Positions 18,294 to 26,800 of a stretch of DNA of 64,000 bases are shown here, one piece after another. The DNA is taken from positions 3,918-67,917 of the forward strand of contig JBGSNK010000108.1 of NCBI GenBank assembly GCA_041739665.1, read 5' to 3'. The DNA comes from Bdellovibrionales bacterium. GTDB lineage: Bacteria; Bdellovibrionota; Bdellovibrionia; Bdellovibrionales; JAGQZY01. The notes below the pieces were generated by a model. That model was not told the DNA's origin. It did not search any database and was given only the letters and a program-made list of their open reading frames with translations. Positions within the stretch are counted from its first letter, which is position 1, and every line of letters starts with the position of its first letter. The translations under genes and the position numbers were made by a program.

Positions 18294-19474
18294 ATCTCAT
18301 TTGGCTCTGGGCAATTGTGGTTGTCTGAAGAGCTTTGAACTCGATCCACCCAGCTCTGTACAAGGCTTTCGATGAGATCTGCTTGAGGGCTGGATAGAAC
18401 AGCTCCACCATTTAAGGCTTCGGCAGCAGGCTCATTCAAATAAAACTTCCAATGGGCGCCTCCGTCAATAGGGTCGCTGTAGACGATCTCGTGTCTGTCC
18501 ACATCCACCGGAGTATCTTGTGGTCTGACCACAAGGTACTGCAGACCACCCGCTTGCGTTGGGAAGAAGATGGAGAGTTCTGCAGGCGTCATCACAATAT
18601 TGGCGCAATAAAAGCGACTCTCGCCAGCCTCTTTAAAGCGTAAACTAGCCACTTGATTTTCATAGTTGATAATGCGTATTTTTCGATTCACCTCTGCAGT
18701 GGAAACCGAGCTTTGTTGTAAATAATTGAAGCTAGAGGTGCTCCAATGGTAAGTGGAATAACGGTTGCAAAGTTCACCGAGGTCGTTCACCTCTGCCAGT
18801 TCGTTATTGAACAAACTTAAAATGGGACCAGCCCCTGCAGAGATATAGAAATCTCCAGGAGGAACACAACTTCGGTCAGCCAAAGAAGCTGTTAGATTTT
18901 TATCCAAACCCACAAAAGACAAGAGAGGAGTGTTGCAATCAGGTACAAAGGGGTCGTCTTCAGATGCCGCTCGAGCCATAAAAGATATGTTGTTTAAGGA
19001 GTCAAAAGTTGTTTGCACTTCTCTTGTAGACATTCGTTTTTGCAAATGACAACGGATGGGTTTCGGCAGAGGTGGACAATTGCTGCCCATACAAGTCATG
19101 GTGTTGAGATGGATGCAGTGAGGCAAGGCCGAATTTTCGCAGTAGCTCTCGGGTAGGTCGGGATTGAAAGTGGTGCCTCTGCTTTCAAATAGAATAGATT
19201 CTTTTATGGTATAAAAACGCAGTCCATAGATACGCGACATGGACTGTTCAGCCGATTCGGAACTTCCCAAGTTGTAGACAACACTGTCACCTTGGTTGAG
19301 GTTAAAGTTAAAATCATTTGAGGAGTTATTGCCCTGCTCGGGGATAATATCAACAGTGAGTTCTTCGCCGGTCGATTCTGTTGACCTCATGGAGCTATCA
19401 CCACAATTTTGAAAAAGTACAGAGACGGTTGCACTGCAAACAAAAACAAAAGTATATAAAAAAGTACGTTTCAT
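18290..19474 (-). CDS. Cys-rich secreted/lipoprotein-like hypothetical protein (394 aa)
   Basis: N-terminal hydrophobic segment ending ..VLFQNCGDSS. 12 Cys in total. Its stop overlaps the stop of the convergent gene (CTAA at 18290-18293). Confidence 0.6.
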   Translation of the reverse strand: MKRTFLYTFVFVCSATVSVLFQNCGDSSMRSTESTGEELTVDIIPEQGNNSSNDFNFNLNQGDSVVYNLGSSESAEQSMSRIYGLRFYTIKESILFESRGTTFNPDLPESYCENSALPHCIHLNTMTCMGSNCPPLPKPIRCHLQKRMSTREVQTTFDSLNNISFMARAASEDDPFVPDCNTPLLSFVGLDKNLTASLADRSCVPPGDFYISAGAGPILSLFNNELAEVNDLGELCNRYSTYHWSTSSFNYLQQSSVSTAEVNRKIRIINYENQVASLRFKEAGESRFYCANIVMTPAELSIFFPTQAGGLQYLVVRPQDTPVDVDRHEIVYSDPIDGGAHWKFYLNEPAAEALNGGAVLSSPQADLIESLVQSWVDRVQSSSDNHNCPEPNEI

Positions 19475-19540
19475 GCGAGGCCCCCCTAGATGCTAAACCA
19501 ATATATTAGCAGAGTTTCTTTGTTCGAGGCTAGGTGTTCT

Positions 19541-20683
19541 TTATGTTGAAATCGCGTCAGTCTCGATTTGAGTCATCTTTTTTTGGATGGGTTGAAAGAG
19601 GTCCTTAAGAGAATCTTCACGGTGGGGGCTGTGTCCCAGCGTGTTGATCCATGTCTCTGGGGTCTCCATGCACATAAATATCTTCCATAGTGGGTCATAG
19701 GATTTAAAGGCATTTAAAATATGATTAAACATTTCGGTGCGTAAATCGTAGTCGTAGCGCAACTTGCCATCTCGGCTCAAAAAGGTTTCGGCTTGAGTGA
19801 CTAAACTGGAGCCGCCAAATCTTTCGCGCATGATATTTTTTTGCTCTGGTTGGTAGCGTAGAGCTCCCACAGACAAGTAGGGAATCTGTTGGGGAGTAAA
19901 TCTTTGCGTAATCTGCTCAACTAAGTAAGTGTAGTTTACTTTCCAATCCGGATGCCAAATCATGGGGTCAATATGAAAAGAGATGGGGTAGCCATGGGCC
20001 ACACATTTTTCCGCAGCAAGGAGTCTCTCATCAAAGCTCGCCGTTCCATGTTCCTCGTTGTCAACAATGAAGGGTGGGTTGATGGACCAGCTGACAATCA
20101 CATTGCCAGCATGTTCTTGATTGAGAAATTGATCCACGTAGTTTGATTTTGTTTTAAACTCTAACTTCCAATTAGGATATTTTTTGAAAAAAGCTATCAG
20201 GTCATGAGAGTACATAGTCAGAGGGTCAAGGCTCAAACTGTCGATCACCTCTCCAGTTCCAACTCGAAGGGGTTTGTTTTTCAGGGACTCAAACGAATCG
20301 AGCTCGTTAAGTGCATCGTCAATGTTGGTATAAATAGTCAGGTAGTTAGAATTAATAAAGGACTGTAAGTAACAGTAGCTACAGTCCATGTCACATTGAA
20401 AACCAAGGTTCAGGACAAAATAGTTGCAACAAGCCATGCCCTTGTGAAAGCCAGGACACTTTTTAAAAAACTGTCCCTGAAAGGGGGTTAAGAAAACTTG
20501 TCGTTTGCTTATGAGAAATTGAGAGGCGCTTAATTTACCTTTGATGAGGTCTGGTGGATTGCCATTAATTATTTGAACCTTGTTCTGGAAGATTTCCTGG
20601 AAGCGCAAAGCCACCGGAGTGTTTGCGGACGACTGGTGAATATAAATACGATCAAACTTCTGGTTCCAGTCTTGAGTAGTCAT
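19541..20683 (-). CDS. Radical-SAM enzyme of the spore-photoproduct-lyase (SplB-like) family
   Basis: CxxxCxxC cluster in the context ..FQCDMDCSYCYLQSF... Size (380 aa) and overall layout are like SplB-family DNA-repair lyases. Confidence 0.7.
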   Translation of the reverse strand: MTTQDWNQKFDRIYIHQSSANTPVALRFQEIFQNKVQIINGNPPDLIKGKLSASQFLISKRQVFLTPFQGQFFKKCPGFHKGMACCNYFVLNLGFQCDMDCSYCYLQSFINSNYLTIYTNIDDALNELDSFESLKNKPLRVGTGEVIDSLSLDPLTMYSHDLIAFFKKYPNWKLEFKTKSNYVDQFLNQEHAGNVIVSWSINPPFIVDNEEHGTASFDERLLAAEKCVAHGYPISFHIDPMIWHPDWKVNYTYLVEQITQRFTPQQIPYLSVGALRYQPEQKNIMRERFGGSSLVTQAETFLSRDGKLRYDYDLRTEMFNHILNAFKSYDPLWKIFMCMETPETWINTLGHSPHREDSLKDLFQPIQKKMTQIETDAIST

Positions 20684-21504
20684 TGCCAGCTCTTGTTTGA
20701 GGAGGCTTCACTTTCCTCCAGCTGCTGTTGGGCGTTTATTAATTGCAGACGTTCTAACTTTTTTTGTAGGTCTTCGGCGTCGTAGAAATCAATTTGCATT
20801 TTGTGAACACGACGATCCCCCTGGCGAACAGTCTGGACTTTTGCAAACTGGGGCCAGGCTGAGGGGACCGAGGAATTTTGATCGCGCTGTGTTTGCTGTG
20901 GATAACGAATTCTCCCTAACTCTTTGAGCCAATCCGCAGGATGGCTCGCCAAAGTTTGCTCTGGTAAGGCGTTCTTAATCAAGGAGAGATCTACGATGAG
21001 GTCGATCAATAAACGTCCCTCGCTGCGGGTCGGGGATAGACTTAAAAAGTTATCCCAATAGCAAGATGTCAAAAGCGTGGGCGCAAGACTGTTCAGGGGC
21101 ATCAACTCTTGGGGTGCTAATTTTCGATCAAAGGCCCATTGGTGAAAAGATGAGGGCATCAAGCTCAAGGTTTCAAGAATCTCGATGTGACGATCTGAGC
21201 CAATGAAATCGTTAAGTTCAAGAAGGCGAGGCCAGTGGAGCTGCTCCGGTCCAAGTAGCTGTTGTTCGAGACAGGCTTTTTTTAACTCTGCCAGTTCGAT
21301 AAAGCTTAAGGGGCCAAAGAGGTCCACGAGGAGTTCATGGATATCTTGGTCACTTAAGTCAATTATGGGCTGATCGGGGTTGTCGAGATTGTTGAGAACA
21401 ATGCCCTTCCATTCCACACGCGCTTTGCTAAAGCAAGATTGGCGTGGCTTGAACGGAAGAGTGATAAGGTCCCATTTGTCAGTGAAAAACATGCTGTAGG
21501 CCAT
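20680..21504 (-). CDS. Hypothetical protein translationally coupled to the SplB-like gene
   Basis: ATGA overlap at 20680-20683. Acidic coiled C-terminus. The middle part (..LSLMPSSFHQWAFDRKLAPQELMPLNSL..) faintly resembles a ParB-type HTH. No firm family. Confidence 0.5.
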   Translation of the reverse strand: MAYSMFFTDKWDLITLPFKPRQSCFSKARVEWKGIVLNNLDNPDQPIIDLSDQDIHELLVDLFGPLSFIELAELKKACLEQQLLGPEQLHWPRLLELNDFIGSDRHIEILETLSLMPSSFHQWAFDRKLAPQELMPLNSLAPTLLTSCYWDNFLSLSPTRSEGRLLIDLIVDLSLIKNALPEQTLASHPADWLKELGRIRYPQQTQRDQNSSVPSAWPQFAKVQTVRQGDRRVHKMQIDFYDAEDLQKKLERLQLINAQQQLEESEASSNKSWQ

Positions 21505-21563
21505 ACCATGTCAATTTTAGCTGGGCAATGGCATTTGCCCATTGAGGTGTGTAATCTAAGGAT

Positions 21564-22637
21564 ATGAGTCACTGGAAGCTAAGAGCCGAAATACTTGGGG
21601 ATGTGGTCTACTTTCCCTATGTTCAAAATGTGGATTTGGGAGACTCAGAAGTATTTGTCTGGGATCTGGATAAAACATACCTAGACACCAGCTGGCAAAC
21701 ATTGGGCGATCTTTGGCGCACGATCTCTGAAAAGTCCTTTCAAAAGAAGAATGTACCCGGAACCTCCACCTTGGTGGCTGCTGTTAAAGAGAATTGGTTG
21801 CGCACCCGTGGTGAGGGACAATTTCCCCTTTATTTTATAACTGCCTCACCGCCGCAGATGGAGCAAAATATTCATGAAAAATTAGAAATCGATGCGATCC
21901 TTCCCCTTGGGATTTTCTTTAAAGATAATATGAGAAACCTGCGACCCTCTCGTTGGCGTCGTTTGTCCCAGCAAGTGGGTTACAAGCTGCAGTCATTGAT
22001 GCAGCTGAGAGCAAAATTTCCACGTGAAATCACTCAGGTATTGTGGGGTGATGACAGTGAAACGGATGCCACAATTTATTCTCTGTACTCGGACGTTTGT
22101 AGCCGTCGTTGGACTGAAAAAGAGCTCATTAAAATATTAAAATATTTCAGCGTCAATAAAGAGCAAGTAGATACGATTTTGGATTTACAAGATCAGAGTC
22201 CCGAGCAAGATCCCGTAGAGAAAGTTTATATCAATTTGGCGATCGACACCGACCCCGAATACTATTTAAAGTTTGGTCGAAGAATCGTGGCCACATCCAA
22301 TTCTTTTCAAACCAGTTTGGATTTGTTTCAAGACTCAAGATTGCAGGAGTCCCATGTGGTCAAAGTGGCTCAAGATCTATTAACTAATTACGGTTATACC
22401 AATGATGAGTTACATCGCTCTTTAGATGATTTGATACGTCGTCGTATCTTAGCCCTTGAAACCTACGAGCGAATTTTACCAGTCTTGCAAGACAACAACA
22501 TTGTCGCAAAGGACTTTACTCCCTCCATAGCGCCTGGGCGAGTGGAGTCCCAAGTGGGCGATCGTATATTTGGAGTCGAAGGTGATATGGAGCCTTGGAT
22601 TCCTGAGCAGATCGACTATCTGCACGACTACCGCTGA
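21564..22637 (+). CDS. HAD-like phosphatase, possibly App1/DUF2183 family
   Basis: DxDxT motif in ..FVWDLDKTYLDT.. and a later ..LWGDDSETDATIY.. acidic motif. Confidence 0.4.
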   Translation: MSHWKLRAEILGDVVYFPYVQNVDLGDSEVFVWDLDKTYLDTSWQTLGDLWRTISEKSFQKKNVPGTSTLVAAVKENWLRTRGEGQFPLYFITASPPQMEQNIHEKLEIDAILPLGIFFKDNMRNLRPSRWRRLSQQVGYKLQSLMQLRAKFPREITQVLWGDDSETDATIYSLYSDVCSRRWTEKELIKILKYFSVNKEQVDTILDLQDQSPEQDPVEKVYINLAIDTDPEYYLKFGRRIVATSNSFQTSLDLFQDSRLQESHVVKVAQDLLTNYGYTNDELHRSLDDLIRRRILALETYERILPVLQDNNIVAKDFTPSIAPGRVESQVGDRIFGVEGDMEPWIPEQIDYLHDYR

Positions 22638-22753
22638 GTCGTTGCTGCATAGACGACCGTTCACAAAACATGAAATTCTTAATAACCTAGTGGGCTGTCA
22701 GGAATTCGCGTTGATTTGAAAAAAATGAAAGTGGCAATCAGTGCAGGGGAAAT

Positions 22754-22777
22754 AAAAAAGGGCCTGAGGGCCCTTTT
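22754..22777. terminator. Bidirectional rho-independent terminator between convergent genes
   Basis: A6-GGGCC-tgag-GGCCC-T4. Confidence 0.7.
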
Positions 22778-22802
22778 GAAAATTATATTTAAATTATGCT
22801 TT

Positions 22803-23747
22803 TTAAGTGCAGAGGTCGGGGTTGGGACAAGCTTTAAGGTACTCTTGGTATTGAGCTTGGCGAACATAATCGACCACGATGACAAGGTAATCGAGAAGTT
22901 CTGGGTCTAAATCGGCAGCTAAGTTTTGTAACTCTTGATCCGACAAGCCCTGCATATGATCCGCTAAAGCCAAGACATCATCTGGAGTGTAGTCACTATG
23001 AGCAGGGACACGGTATCCTGGGCGACCCAGTTGGTCCATTAAGACTTGTGGAGGTACCAGTGCAGCAAGAGCTCTTTGACGCCCTCCCAAACCAAAAGTT
23101 TTGTAGGCAATTATTGCAGCACTTGCGAATAGGGTCGATGCAGACAAGTGAACAGAGTGCAGTTGTAAATCGGGGGTGCTAGTCAAGGCAGAGCTCAACT
23201 GTCTAAGGAAATCAATTTTAGGAAAATCTACTTGGCCTGGAGGTGGGTTGAGTGTTCCGTAATCGTCAAAACTCATTTTAGAAATATCAATTTCTTTATC
23301 TTTACCGGGACCAATTCCAGGAATTGTGATTTTGTTGATAATCAATCCATACAACCAACCAGGTTGTCCAAAACCGGGTGGGATGGGGCGTTCACGCTCT
23401 GGATCGATGGAATCCGTAGCAAATAAACCTTTACTGCCGAGAATGGGGCGTTCGTTTTCTGGATCAATTGATTCTGAATGGAGTGGGTCGTTCTTGCCGA
23501 GTATCGGATACTCACGCTCGGGGTCAATGTTTGCTTGTTCACGGACGTGAATAACACCCTTTGTAGGTGGAACCAGGCTTTCCGGTATGGGATTGAGTCC
23601 AGGGACAACGCCGCGCTCGAGGAATTTAAGCGCTTGGTCCCAAGTGGGCTTATTTGTATCTGCCGGAATTTGATCTTGAGTCGTCTCAGCGCAGAGAGTA
23701 TGGGCTAAGATCAGGGAAGAAAGTATAAGTAATATTTGCTTAAACAA
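22803..23747 (-). CDS. Secreted hypothetical protein with three 20-aa tandem repeats
   Basis: TTG start with GAGGTG 5 nt upstream. Signal peptide ..LILAHTLCA. Repeats IDPE(R/N)E(Y/R)PI(L/P). C-terminal ..CPNPDLCT. Confidence 0.65.
   Translation of the reverse strand: MFKQILLILSSLILAHTLCAETTQDQIPADTNKPTWDQALKFLERGVVPGLNPIPESLVPPTKGVIHVREQANIDPEREYPILGKNDPLHSESIDPENERPILGSKGLFATDSIDPERERPIPPGFGQPGWLYGLIINKITIPGIGPGKDKEIDISKMSFDDYGTLNPPPGQVDFPKIDFLRQLSSALTSTPDLQLHSVHLSASTLFASAAIIAYKTFGLGGRQRALAALVPPQVLMDQLGRPGYRVPAHSDYTPDDVLALADHMQGLSDQELQNLAADLDPELLDYLVIVVDYVRQAQYQEYLKACPNPDLCT
23373..23528 (-). repeat. In-frame tandem repeat, 3 x 60 nt (20 aa) inside the secreted-protein gene
   Basis: The translated units start at residues I74, I94 and I114. 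They read IDPEREYPILGKNDPLHSES / IDPENERPILGSKGLFATDS / IDPERERPIPPG. Confidence 0.8.
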
Positions 23748-23806
23748 TGAAGCACCTCGCTGTTTAAATTTATTTAGAATTTCTTCTAACCTACTATAAG
23801 AAACAA

Positions 23807-26800
23807 TTGTATGAATTCTTCAAAGAGCTGAATTTATTACACTATCTACAGTGCAAACGAACGACAGATTCGGTTCATTGTGGGTCTGTAAAATATTCAG
23901 CAGAACCAATATCATTATTAGGCCAAAGAACGAACTGGTATCCTGTCCTTTTAGTCATAGCTAAGAAAAGTGCACAATATCAAAGGGGATATTTTTTGAC
24001 TATTTGGGTTCTATACAGGTCGTTTCTTTCTTGTTTGTTATCTCTCGTTATAATTGTAACCGGAGCACCTTTTCACTTAATGCCCAAAAAGGCCCATGCT
24101 CAGATTCATTCAGAGCAGATGACTCCTGATGAAGAAATGCAAAAGAGCCTGGAGCAACTCAAAGAATCTTTTGCAAGTGATGACACAAAGGACAGCCATC
24201 TCGATCCATTTTTGATCACTCGCCAAATGGTTCTCGATGACAGAATCAGTCGAGTAACGGCCGTTGAAGAACAACGAGCTATCGAAGATTTTGAAGATCG
24301 CATTCAGTATTTTGAAAGCTCTATTCAAAGTTTGAAACAATTGGAAGCCCAAGTTCAGCAGCGTTTATCCGAGCTCACTGTTGCTGACGATGATAAACTC
24401 AATGAACTTGAACTTATCAAAGAAGATATTATCAGCCGCCGTCGTTTGGTTGAATTGGAACTTGCAGACACTCGTAAGTTTGACCCGCGCCAAGGTTCCG
24501 CACTTCCAGTGGATCACATGGTCGACAAGGCACTTAAAACCCGTCACTACTGGGGCAACCGAATGAAATTGGTTCTCGAGGCTAATGAAGAGGTGATAGG
24601 CGAGGTGGCGCAAAAAGACTTTACCCAATCTCTAAGTCCTCGTTTTAACAAAGAGGCCTTAGATGTTTACAGCCAGGATAAAGATGTGCGCTTTACGATC
24701 ACTGATCGTCGTGGAACCCCTTTGCACCAATTCTTAAATCCAATATCTGGTGTGACCTTTTTTGGTCATTATCTTGTATTTGTCGAAAAGTCAGAGAGTC
24801 AGACGGCCGGGAAAAGCCTTCCTGTTCGCTTTATAGACCTTCGTTATGCGAAGGCAAACATCGGCAATGCACCACTGCCGGTTTTCACGTTACCACTCAA
24901 GCTAGATAGTGAGGACACCAGTTTAAGTCACGAGAACGGCTATCTCAAAATAGGCGGTCAGCGCTTGAGTTACCAACAGTTCGAAATGCTTTCGCAAGTT
25001 CACCAAGTGATTTTTAACGTTAATGTGGCTTTGGTGGACCCCAAAGCCCATGACAATGCTCGACCTTTAATTAAAGAAGTGCTCGAATTTTTTCAGGTCT
25101 CTATGCAGGCTCAGGAAAAATCTTTTCAGACTGAACTTGAAAAATCTATCAACGCCACTGATTTTTTAAATGGAATCACCGGTGCCCTTGAGGCCCGAAA
25201 GAACATCGACACCGAAGGCTCTAGAAAGCTTATCGAGAAGGCTCTTCAAGACGGACAACTTACAGACGAAGAGTTCAAGCAGATTTCAATAGCTCTCAAC
25301 GCGAACGACTCTTTGCAAGAGTCCAATCAGGCCGTGGCCAATGGCCGTCGTTTGATGACTCGTATCCGCCTAATGATGCAATATTTGATTCAGCCACGTG
25401 TTGAAGGCGCTCCTAAACTATTAAATGCTATGGCTATGTTGGTCGCGCCCAAAACTGCAGATGAACGAGGAAGAGCTTTTGCGTTTGCTCGCAATGGTCT
25501 GACATACAAAATGGCCAAGTATGGGGCCGCTATGGGTGGAGTGTTATTGGCGGGAGACATGTTGCCCGAACCCTATAAAATTAATATCTACAAGTCTCTT
25601 GATTTGATCAGTGCTGTGAACCAACACTTTCAAGGTTATCTCCAGCATATAAATTACGGAAAAGCCTACGTGGAAATGTCTAAGGATGCTTTTATCACAT
25701 CCACCACTGGTTGGACTTATTTTATCCAGTCCTATTTTGCAAATGGAAACTGGCCCAAATTTCTTTATGGATTGGGACAGGTTTTACTTGTGCCCCTTAA
25801 ACTCTTTGCCTCTATCCACTTTACAGTGAACTCCTATAAGATGTTTCGAGAAACCATACGGGTTCGTCGTTTATCTGCTTCTCAAATTGGCTTCTTAAAA
25901 GCATTTAAGGAAGCAGCAAAAGTCGACAATAAGGCCTACTGGGATGGTTTATCAGAAGCTGAGAAAAAGTCTTCAGGTAGCGATGTCAGTCTGATTAGTG
26001 ATGATGATGTTCGTTTGTTGGACGATCATATCCTTCGTTTACGCGAAGGCCGTCAGGGTATTGAGTCTGTTGAGAGAGATTTGCGAATTGGGCGATACGG
26101 CAGTCGAGGTGTCCTGAAAACTCAAATAAATACATTGAGCAATATGAGTACGGGGTTGAAGTCCCAGCTTAGAAGTTATGCGCAGACAACAACAGGTTTT
26201 TTAAAATACAACAAGTTTTCAAAAAAAGTGGGTGAAGCTTATCAAAAAGTTGCCTCAAAACTTGGGCTCGATGGCGAAGACACTGTCCGTAAGGCATTAG
26301 CAAATTCGTTCCTCAGTTATTCTGCATTAAGATCCACCTTCAAAACCAATGCTTTGATATGGAATTATTTGTTTATGACTCGTTCCTATATGTTTGCACC
26401 TCATAAGCTTTTTGTGTTTACGATTTATCCAAATTATTTCAAGGCCGCGGTGACTACCGTTAAAGGTAAACAGCACTTTCCCAGCACTTACAACGGAGGG
26501 CTTGAAACTTGGCCCCAGAAGTTACAAAGAATTATCTCGAGTTCTGGAATGAATCAAAAACTGTCAAAAGTTCCTGTTTTAGGAAACTTGCTAATATCTG
26601 AGCAGGCTCTTAAGAATTTGAGGAGCTTTGAAAGTGAAGTGGCAAAACTGGAAATTGCTGCAATTGAAATTGCCAAAAAGAAGGCCCAAATGGCTTTGAT
26701 TGAGAACATAAAAGATCCCGAGCGTCTTTTAGCGATTTTTGATTCAGCTCAAAGGCCTGGGGATGTTTCCACTGGGGTTCGTAACTTAAACGATAAAAAA

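Noticed and set aside
23373-23528. 60-nt periodic DNA repeat as a possible CRISPR-like or minisatellite array
   Set aside because: The repeats are in frame inside a well-supported CDS, the units are imperfect at the DNA level, and there are no unique spacers. It is a protein-coding tandem repeat.
24794-24820. Possible P-loop (..SQTAGKSL..) in the giant ORF
   Set aside because: It lacks the Gly at the first position of GxxxxGK[ST], and I could find no Walker B or other NTPase motif downstream.
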